Positions 54,360-64,000 of a DNA stretch of 64,000 nucleotides are shown piece by piece. The position numbers and the translations under genes are program-made. The first letter of the stretch is position 1; each line of letters starts with the position of its first letter. The stretch spans positions 69,998,001-70,062,000 of the forward strand of contig NC_043005.1 in assembly GCF_006345805.1 (NCBI RefSeq). Reading direction: 5' to 3'. This DNA is from Octopus sinensis. Taxonomy: Eukaryota. A model generated the notes under the pieces. It worked only from the letters and a program-made list of their open reading frames with translations, made no database searches and was not told the origin of the DNA.

Positions 54360-54505
54360 CACACATATACATATCTATATATATATATATATGTATATAT
54401 ATGTACATATATATATATATGCATGTATATATGTATATATATATATATATATTATATATATATATTATATATATATATATTATATATATATATATATATA
54501 TATGA
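54290..54505. repeat. (TA)n microsatellite
   Basis: Direct reading. Confidence 0.95.
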
Positions 54506-55137
54506 AATGTAAATAAATAAATAGATTCTCACACACGCATGCACACACATAAGTTATCCATTTAGAAATCTATTAACAGAATAAATGATATATTGGTTGG
54601 CTAGTGGATAAAAATATTACTGAGATGTTGCAGGCGAATGTAAAGGTATATCTTAGGGCAGTTCCCTAGACATGTAATAAAAAAAAACTATGCGATAGAT
54701 AAGCAAATAAATAAACGGATAGATGAAATCTATGACCAATATTCACAATAGCAGCTATGGTTGTATGTATAGAATATATCAAGTCTCTGTAGCTATGTAT
54801 GCCAAACTTTGAAGGAATATAAACAACAGATAATGGCTTTGAATGTATGTATAGTGTGCGAAAGGCACCGTTCTCGCAGGAATAACATCGTTTTCCTTCA
54901 AGAATAATTTTATGATGAAGTAAATAAACATTTAAGAGAATAAAAATATGCGTACAGTTAAATATACCAACAAACAAAATTTAGAAACTGAAGGAGAAAT
55001 GTATAAAGCATAAAAAGTCTCATATTATTTTCCATAAAAATATCAGTAATATTCTAATAATCGACATGCAAATAGCATCTCCGAATATTGAAAAATAGTA
55101 CAATATTGTTAACCCTCTAAGTATCGAAGAATCTTTA

Positions 55138-55507
55138 TATGTGGTAAGTAGCTTGCTTACCAACCACATGACTCCGGGTGCAGTCCCACTGCGTGGCAAA
55201 TTGGGCATGTGTCTTCTACTATAGCCTCGGGCCGACCAACCCTTGTGAGTGGATTTGGTAGATGGAAACTGAAAGAAGCCCGTCGTATATATTCGTGTGT
55301 GCTTTTGTGTGTCTGTGTTTGTCCCACAACATCGCTTGATAACCGATGCTAGTGTGTTTACGTCCCCGTTACTTAGCGGTTCGGCAAAAGAGACCGATAG
55401 AATAAGAGCTAGGCTTACAAAGAATAAGTCCCGGGATCGATTTATTCGACTAAAGGTGGTGTTCCAGCATGGCCGCAGTCAATTGACTGAAACAAATAAA
55501 AGAGTAA
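55138..55507 (+). mobile_element. SINE family B
   Basis: Homologous to 5065-5466. Confidence 0.85.
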
Positions 55508-56739
55508 AGAGTAAGAGTTACCTAATTGGATACAGTTTACGTTGAAGATCATGATGCAGATAACATTATTCAGTGTAGTGAAACTACGATCCTTTGTAAT
55601 TATTCGTTCGGGATTAAATAACCTGCTCATCTGATCATCCGTCTCCAGTAAGTGCGTGTTCATTTGAAGAGGAAGAATTATGATCTCATCTCTCTGTGTA
55701 TATTTCTTCGCAAGACTAACGAAGATCTTCATTGCAGTTCGTATAGGCTTATATAGAGATGTTTGTTAGATTACATCACTTCTCTCCAACTGATATATAT
55801 AATATATTCTTAGAAAATATCTTATCAGAAGTGTTAGAAACTTTTCACTGATAACTAGGTTCTGTAACTGAAGTACGCTGTTAATTTCATAATTACACTC
55901 TCAGCCTAAATGCTTACAGATACAAACTGTCGAGCAAAGTGTAATGACAAAGAACATATTAAAACTGGTGTTTTCATTTATCGATAGGTTTTCGAATTGC
56001 AATTAATAATACAAGTAGAAATATTTCTAATATGACATCATATATGTAAATAATTGACAATGCAGAAACCTAATAAAAATCGTTAATGACATATGAAATG
56101 AAAAGTAAAATCATATTTAGCACTAATGCTATCCAGATGGATAAGATGCCACAGTAACGCTTAGTTCACACTTGACTTACACTTAAATAAGGTGCCTAAC
56201 ATTGCTAATGACTTCTTGACTTGATAAATAAACGATTCTCCATCAAGCTTCAAAATAGGAATCTGTTAAAAAGAAATAGCCTTCAGTTGCAAAACAGCAG
56301 TAATACCAACAGGGTAAAACCTCATCAAGAAACTCAACTTCCGTATACTAGGTTAAGAGCATCGTTAGAAAACAAATTCACACTATTATTAGTCCTGTAA
56401 CGCTGAAGCAATTATCTTAACACCCATGGAGCAATTCCACAAAAATAAATGTAAACAATAGCGAATATTAAATAGATATGGCCGGGAATACTTGCAACCG
56501 ATGTTACTTAAAACATTTTTATTCTTTCGAAAATACAGAAAAGACTACTGCAAATAGAATATACAAATTCAGCTGCTATTGGAACAAATGTAACTACAAA
56601 CGACAGTATATGAAAGATTCTCGGGAGGCAAAAATTATATAGGAGAGGAAGAATACATCACGTTATAAGCAGACCTGTAAACTATCTCGTAAATATACAT
56701 ATGCTTAAATATTATGTCAATTTTCTACATTAAATAAAT

Positions 56740-56780
56740 AAATAAATATATCTATATATATATATATATATATAATATAT

Positions 56781-56872
<92 letters not shown>

Positions 56873-56902
56873 CATATATATATATATATATATACGTATG
56901 TA

Positions 56903-56934
<32 letters not shown>

Positions 56935-56935
56935 C
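56740..56935. repeat. (TA)n/(TG)n microsatellite
   Basis: Direct reading. Confidence 0.95.
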
Positions 56936-57016
56936 TACTAAAGATGCAGAAAGGTTCCTGGTATGGGGTTAAAGAAAATACAGGGTGGGGGCAGTTAATT
57001 ATGATTTTCTTCAACA

Positions 57017-57418
57017 TAGGCGTAGGATGGCTGTGTGGTAAGTAGTCTGCTTACCAACTACATGGTTCCAGGTTCAATCCCACTGCGTGGCATCATGAGC
57101 AAGTGCCTTCTACTATAGCCTCGGACCGACCAAAGCCTTGTGAATAGATTTGGTAGACGGAAACTGAAAGAAGCCCGTCGTATATATGTAAATGTGTGTG
57201 TGTGTGTGTATGTTTGTGAGTCTGTTTGTCCCCTTAGCATTGTTGACAACCGATGCTGGTGTGTTTATATCCCCGTCACTTAGCGGTTCGGCGTCAAAAG
57301 AGACCGATAGAATAAGTACCAGGCTTACAAAGAATAAGTTCCGGGGTCGATTTGCTCGACTAAAGGCGATGCTCCAGCATGGCCGCAGTCAAATGACTGA
57401 AACAAGTAAAATAGTAAA
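57017..57418 (+). mobile_element. SINE family B
   Basis: Homologous to 5065-5466. Confidence 0.88.
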
Positions 57419-58203
57419 TGAGTAACATATTCCCCTCTCAGATCCACACACACATTGCTGCCTTCCTTCAGTTTTCTAAGCCCTGTAAAACAAAAAGACA
57501 TTCGGAACGTTGGGCCTCCAACCAGGCATTTCGTGACGCCTGAAAAGCCAGGAGCTTTTCGGCACCCCATCTTAGTATCGTTAAATCACTAGAGGCTTAA
57601 CCGATTGCGATTACATTTATTAACTTCACGATTTGAACACACTGTAGTTTCATGTTAATTTTTATGTGATGATTAATTCAAGTTCTCACCCTCATATATT
57701 TTAAAGTGAACTACGACAAATTCACACCAACGATACATGTAACTATTTATATTATATTTACTAAACCTAAAATGCAATGAGTAAATTTTCGCTAAGAAAA
57801 GACGAAATTTCAAATTATCCGATGATATTCGTCGAAGGCACTGGTTTGTCACTTGTCTTGTGAATACGCAATTCACTTGAAAGTAAAACTGACTCATATT
57901 TTATTATCTCTCACGGTCTATAATATATCATATTTCATTCGCGTAAATCTAGTGAATACTTCAAAATTTACTGGTGTAAAAACATAATTCTTACATACAT
58001 ATTCACACGCGCACGCACACACACACACACAAACGAACATTCATATTATGCGTGTGTATTTCTATACGCATCTATTTCTATTCCGCTCTCTCTGCCTTTT
58101 TCTTTCATTCTTCCTCCTCCTCTCTCTCTCTCTCTCACTCCCTCTCTCTCACTCTCTCACCCTCTCTCTCTCTCTCTCTGTATGTATGTATGTTCGTATG
58201 CCT

Positions 58204-58244
<41 letters not shown>

Positions 58245-58559
58245 CGTTAAATACTGAGAGACAGAGACACGTGGATTAAGTCACTAATCATTCACCTCTC
58301 GGAGCACACTGTTAGATTAGATTCCTCTGATTTTCGAGGTTGTGTACCCAATCTTGTTCTACTGCAGAAAAAAAAAATGTTTATTGATAATTATATAAAT
58401 ATTCTATATGTAAGGGTGCTGTTTGTACAATCCAGACGAGAGACTCTCTATCTCTGCTAAATTTTATTGTCTAGGCGGCCAATGCTTCCTGGATCTAGGA
58501 ACGAGAACCTAGAACCTAGATCATGGAAAGAGAAATTAGAAACGAGAACTTAGAGACTA

Positions 58560-58900
58560 TACCAACGGTCACCTACAGTCAGCAAATCTCCAGTTACAAG
58601 CGTTCGTCACTATCGGTGAATCAGCTACTTATTTTAGCTACTCTGCAGACATCGTCTCATGCGATGAAAAGATCGACAAGGGGTAAACAAAAAGGCTGCA
58701 AAAGTGAACTAGAGAGAAAGTACAACCAAGTTTGCAACAAAAGATATCTGAGGCAATGCACAACGATAAACGTGCTTGGAGTAATTGTGCCGACCAAGAT
58801 TACCTACTGATAACACCATAAACATTCGCTAGATTAAATGCGTTACAAGAAGTGATGATTAAACTCTGGTGAATTCCAACAGTATCCTGGCCAAGTGGTA
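58560..58900 (+). pseudogene. Old RTE LINE fragment
   Basis: Degenerate VTIGES, DEKIDKG*TKRLQK and KYNQVCNKRYLRQCTTINV motifs, consistent with RTE RT C-terminus. Confidence 0.55.
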
Positions 58901-59175
58901 GAGATGCCGGCTGGACTGGACAGTGTTTTGAAATTATTCCGAGATTGCAACATAACAAGAGTTCGTTCTATTGTGGAAAGAGTTCGTTCTATTGTAACCA
59001 ACTTACTCCCTGTGGAAGAAATGCTGTAAGATTACACTGAAGTCATATGCCGGTGCCTGTTATATTTTTATTAGTACATCTTCATCAGTGTTCTGTTAAC
59101 ACTATCGATCGTAAGACATAAAAGCACAAGTCTGTGTGTGTATGTAAGTATGTGTGTGCATGTATACGTACATAC

Positions 59176-59280
<105 letters not shown>

Positions 59281-59369
59281 TGCAGCGTGGGAGGTGTTTA
59301 TAACTCATTCAAACACAGACAAAACCCGTTAGATTCACTTCAACATTTAAAGCCGCGACATTTTCACTG

Positions 59370-59414
<45 letters not shown>

Positions 59415-59417
<3 letters not shown>

Positions 59418-59611
59418 GGTCCCGGGTTGATTCGGGGTTAACCACAGTAAATAAGGTACTCAATACATAGCAGAGTAAAATTAATTTATTATATAGAAGG
59501 AGCTTCTACAGGACTAGAACTGTTTCATTCAAGAGAAATCTTCAGGAAGCTCCTGAAGATTTCTCTTGAATGAAACAGTTCTAGTCCTGTAGAAGCTCCT
59601 TCTATATAATA
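59415..59611 (-). mobile_element. Penelope-like module with an inverted 5' end forming a perfect hairpin
   Basis: (TA)n on both sides; 61-bp perfect arms at 59487-59547 and 59551-59611; contains a hammerhead. Confidence 0.6.
59498..59554 (-). ncRNA. Type I hammerhead ribozyme (GUA cleavage triplet)
   Basis: AGGAGCUUC-CUGAAGA-U UUC(UCUU)GAA U-GAAACAG(UUCUAGUC)CUGUA^GAAGCUCCU: 9-bp stem I, 3-bp stem II with a U.U base mismatch, 4-bp stem III. Confidence 0.7.
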
Positions 59612-59849
59612 TATATATATATAATATATATATATATATATAACAATGATAAATATCAAAGTGAGTTGTATACAGTAGCGGTAACACATCGTGACGTATT
59701 TTTGCCATTTCAATATGGCTAACCCCTAAGGGTGGATGCTACTGTAGTTTTTAGCCCCAGGAGGACACACTCCTCCAGCTGGCCATAGACACACTATCTG
59801 TGTCCTGTCAGTATTTGCAAAGGGAAGTCATCCTTCCCGTCTTCAACTT

Positions 59850-59908
59850 ATGATACACACGGACGCGAGTTTCGAGGTATTGACCTCTCGTCAGCGTGTG
59901 ACAATCAT
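59850..59908 (-). ncRNA. Type I hammerhead ribozyme, copy 1
   Basis: CACACG-CUGACGA-GAGGU(CAAU)ACCUC-GAAAC(UCGC)GUC^CGUGUG; predicted cut between 59862 and 59861; stem I extends via AUGAU/AUCAU. Confidence 0.9.
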
Positions 59909-60202
59909 AGTTGTCGCCGAGAATTAGATTTCCTTCACAAATACTTATACTTTTTCCAGCGCCCACTGTCGCTGATATTGAAAAAGTGAAATCAAACAAT
60001 GATAAATATCAAAGTGAGTTATATACAGTAGCGGTAACACATCGTGACGTATTTTTGCCATTTCAATATGGCTAACCCCTAAGGGTGGATGCTACTGTAG
60101 TTTTTAGCCCTAGGAGGACACACTCCTCCAGCTGGCCATAGACACACTATCTGTGTCCTGTCAGTATTTGCAAAGGGAAGTCATCCTTCCCGTCTTCAAC
60201 TT

Positions 60203-60261
60203 ATGATACACACGGACTCGAGTTTCGAGGTATTGACCTCTCGTCAGCGTGTGACAATCAT
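60203..60261 (-). ncRNA. Type I hammerhead ribozyme, copy 2
   Basis: Same fold with GAAAC(UCGA)GUC, giving the perfect palindrome ACUCGAGU; predicted cut between 60215 and 60214. Confidence 0.92.
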
Positions 60262-60408
60262 AGTTGTCGCCGAGAATTAGATTTCCTTCACAAATACTTA
60301 CACTTTTTCCAGCGCCCACTGTCGCTGATATTGAAAAAGTGAAATCAAACAATGATAAATATCAAAGTGAGTTATATACAGTAGCGGTAACACATCGTGA
60401 CGTATTTT

Positions 60409-60530
60409 GCAAATACTGACAGGACACAGATAGTGTGTCTATGGCCAGCTGGAGGAGTGTGTCCTCCTGGGGCTAAAAACTACAGTAGCATCCACCCTTA
60501 GGGGTTAGCCATATTGAAATGGCAAAAATA
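60409..60530 (+). repeat. Inverted copy of about 122 bp of the retrozyme monomer
   Basis: Reverse complement of about 59697-59818; TTTGC microhomology at the junction. Confidence 0.92.
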
Positions 60531-60552
60531 GCAAATTACTAATTTGACACAA

Positions 60553-60715
60553 AGAGTGTGTGGTTACCCAGTTGGAGGAGGTGTCTTACTGGGGCTAAAA
60601 ACAACAGTAGCATCGTCCTGTATGAGATCGCCACATTTGGTTGGCATATAAATTTTACGATTCCGTACTCTTACTGTTTACTTGTCGCTCAGAGTTTTAA
60701 TATAGCTATATATTT
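60553..60715 (+). mobile_element. Older, diverged relative of the retrozyme 3' region
   Basis: GACACA.A.AGTGTGT..CCAG.TGGAGGAG.GTGTC...CTGGGGCTAAAAAC.ACAGTAGCATC aligns with 60423-60492; runs into a TA repeat. Confidence 0.7.
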
Positions 60716-60856
60716 ATATATGTGTGTGTGTGTGAGTGTATCTGTGTGTGTGTGTGTGTGTGTGTGTGTCTGTGCGTATGTGTGTGTGTGAGTGTGTGTG
60801 TGTATGCGTGATGTGTGTTGTGTGTGTGTGTAAATATATACATATATATGTATCTG

Positions 60857-60908
<52 letters not shown>

Positions 60909-60990
60909 ATATATATGAATATATACATATATGAATATATATATATATATATTATTAAATATATATATAGTGAAAGATAGATAGATAGAT
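60715..60990. repeat. (TG)n/(TA)n/(GATA)n compound microsatellite
   Basis: Direct reading. Confidence 0.95.
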
Positions 60991-62039
60991 AAATAGATAG
61001 ATAGACATAAACATATGCGTAAACATATGTTTATATCTAACGCATATATACAATTTAATTTGTACGCATTCTTTTACGCATTCACACACAAATATTCATG
61101 TTGACTGTTTTAGTACTTTAACAATTTGGTAGTTACTAATGCTTTTAGATTAGTTCACTAGCAAAAGTAATGTGCATCAGACCCTGCCAAATACAGACAG
61201 ACAACGACATGAATAAATAATCATGCACTTTGTCTTTCGTTTAGATTTATTTTAAAAGCTATCTTCTGAGCAGGTTTCTCTATTTGTATGTGGATCTTTT
61301 GTTTCCTCTAAAAAGCAAATATCTGTTCAAATCTGTTATTTTGTTTCTAAAGTATGACAAAATTTACACGAATAAAAAGAAAAACAAATTTTTGAGTTTT
61401 TAAAATATATTTACTTTCTGTGGCGAAGTATTTTTTTATGGCGTACAATTTTTTATTATTTGTTTTCTGTCAAGTGACAAGAGATAAAGCATGGAAATTC
61501 AACTTATATACAAATAATATAATATAAAATTTAGGACAAAATCATTAAAATAGAAAACGTTCATTTTTGTGTAAAATGCTGTATTATTATTATATAACAG
61601 TAAGATCTATTGTGACATATAGTAAGTGGCTTTTTTCATTTATTTTTGAACATATGACAGAAAAGAATGAAATAATATATATAAAATGGATTTTTACAAT
61701 GCCAGAAAGACATAGGCAGGGTTACATTTTCCATGCAAATGTAATGTGGGAGCAGTGACTCATGTAATGAAAGTTGAAATTTTCTGCATGTAAAGTACTT
61801 TACTAAAATTTTCCGACGGAATTTAAAAGCACATCATTCTACACAAAAGATTAGGGTGGGAGTATTGCTCGGTATAAGCAATATTTTGCACTGAGAAAAT
61901 TGCAAGTTACTGATGGTGGGTCTGTAATCATGACATCTCTCGTAGTATAACAGAGTTTTAATGAAAGTTATTCCTTTTATGAACGTAACAGGTTTCGTGT
62001 CATACAGATTCATAAGACCGTTACCCCGTATTATATGGT

Positions 62040-62197
62040 GTATATATTCAGCCCCTGGGTAGGACACATGTAACATCGCAGGATTACTCATTTTTGCAAG
62101 CTGAGTGGGTTGGAACACAACTCATCGCCCTGTTCAGGAATTGAAACGTCAATCACATCATAAGTGCAACACACTACCATTAAGCCAAGCGCTTCCA
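62040..62197 (-). mobile_element. Decayed SINE family C
   Basis: TACTCATTTTTGCAAGCTGAGTGG core with a degenerate head. Confidence 0.55.
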
Positions 62198-63384
62198 ACA
62201 TTCCTAACATGACCATGCAGTATACATGTAATTCAATAGTAATTAGTCTTTCCTTTGCTGAGGAGGTTTCATAAGACAGAGAAATATTCGGAAATGTTAC
62301 TGTAAATTTGAGTCTGCTAAATATCTAACGTTCACAGCACTGCGTTTATTTATGATATATTTTAATTGAATACAATTTTAGAGATGGCCTTCCTTTGTTT
62401 TCCACCTAGAATTAGTTATTAAGAAGCAATTGTTCTCATGATGAAAGGTATCGTATTCATTAAGTAGACTATTTTAATTTAGTACATCGAATAATTCCAC
62501 GCCTAGTTTGCTATCAAGTTTCAATGCAATTGATACCCGTATGTACGTATCAAATGGACTATGCTTTGATGAGAAGTTTTACGCAGATATATTAGCAGTG
62601 AATCATGTCTAGAGACATAGCGTTCTGCTATAATGCAGCATGAGAAATTTTGTTCATTCCAATTAGCAAAAATTCAGTCTTGAGACGCCTGCGTTTCGTT
62701 GCCAGAATTAATGAGGGAGATAATGATTATTCTCATCAGTAAGGGTGTAATTTTAACTAATCACAAAGCTTAGTAATATTGCATTAAATATGCATGTACC
62801 ATCTTATAGGAATCCCCGATGAGAACTCTCTCTTTCTCTCTTCAAATATTTTAGATGAGCAAACATTCACCTGAAATCGCATTATTTCATTCGTTGCCAA
62901 TTTAAATACAAGCAGAAGAATACCCGTCCGATTGAATGGAACTCAGTTATGTTCAACAAAAGCAGCTCTAGATTAAATTAGTAGGTAACTGTGCGCCGTA
63001 ATTAAAGCAAAAACGTTACGTATAATGCTTTATTGATGGCGACATATGCCATCTTAGCATTCACTTGAGTGTGAGCACCGACTGTTGACAACGGCAACGA
63101 GGCGGAAATGTATCTAGCATCCTCATCAGCCATTACTAAGATGATTTCCGTCTGACTTCAATTTATCGTGTTTTATACACCACACGCCCATAAGAAATAT
63201 TAGTCCGGACGAACCAAGCATAAAATTTGCTTTTTATGTATATGAACATTTATTATGTATGCATATATATGCACATGCACATATATGTCGATACACATAC
63301 TGTATGTATATATGTATGTGTGCGTTTAATGTGCACATAAATATATATATTCATAAATAGATAGATTTTCATTTACACACATAA

Positions 63385-63665
<281 letters not shown>

Positions 63666-64000
63666 AACTAAAGGATTACTTAATACATTTTAGCCGAGTA
63701 TATATTTGTTATACTTTTACTAGTTTCTTTGATGTTTCGGCTTGCCCATCCTCGTCATAAACTGCAATACTTCGGACAACAATAAGTCAATCGTAAGCGT
63801 CTCAAGCATATTTAGTAATTTCTTTACGAAAACCTAAAATTCCTTAATACAAATCTAATAACACAAGTATCAATTCAATAATTTTTGCTGAACGGTCAAC
63901 CATTTAGTCTGAAAATACATTTCTTTTACACTACAACACAAAATATCATAACACTGTTTTATAACTGCTATAAACTGAATCTTTCACTTGTGAATTACAC

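Larger units (their letters stand above)
59642..60408 (-). mobile_element. Candidate non-LTR retrozyme: 353-bp tandem monomers, each with a type I hammerhead
   Basis: Units start at 59642, 59995 and 60348 (partial); 4 substitutions between the two full copies; left end abuts (TA)n. Confidence 0.85.

Noticed and set aside
55442-55732. 96-aa minus-strand ORF
   Set aside because: Ends in a SINE, no recognizable motif, no convincing splice sites.
58960-58998. 21-bp tandem duplication AGAGTTCGTTCTATTGT
   Set aside because: Ordinary short slippage duplication.
59950-59975. ATVGAGKS as a P-loop NTPase
   Set aside because: 63-aa frame with no Walker B or other kinase motif; overlaps a stem-loop; likely coincidental.
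59642-60408. Possibility that the 353-bp tandem is an assembly duplication or a CRISPR-like array
   Set aside because: The copies differ at 4 positions, the unit has a coherent ribozyme structure, and there is no repeat-spacer pattern; read-level confirmation is still advisable.

Overview
AT-rich eukaryotic intergenic or intronic DNA. The SINE, LINE and microsatellite content strongly suggests an octopus (cephalopod) genome; this is an inference. No host protein-coding gene, tRNA/rRNA gene or CRISPR array is supportable, and most listed ORFs are microsatellite or antisense artefacts. The window is a mosaic of mobile elements: a near full-length R4/Dong RLE-type LINE (865-4837, minus) flanked by (TAA)n plus about 7 further Dong fragments, two Tx1/L1-like 3' ends, three old RTE fragments, a degenerate TIR-complete mariner, a second mariner fragment, a hAT MITE, a Gypsy solo LTR with ATAT TSD, Gypsy LTR-PBS-gag and integrase remnants, and more than 20 tRNA-derived SINEs of three head types. 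The main discovery candidate is at 59.4-60.7 kb. A young 353-bp tandem repeat (about 2.17 copies, 4 substitutions between full copies) carries a complete type I hammerhead ribozyme in each monomer on the minus strand (CUGACGA / GAAAC / GUC, palindromic stem III loop). This is the architecture of a non-LTR retrozyme predicted to release a 353-nt circularizable RNA. Next to it is a perfect 61-bp-arm hairpin that hides a third, unrelated hammerhead, and a minimal Penelope-type hammerhead lies at 25.7 kb. Retroelement classes appear partitioned by microsatellite type: Dong in TAA, one Tx1 in TATC, hammerhead modules in TA. Repeat boundaries were set by eye and are approximate unless a junction sequence is quoted.
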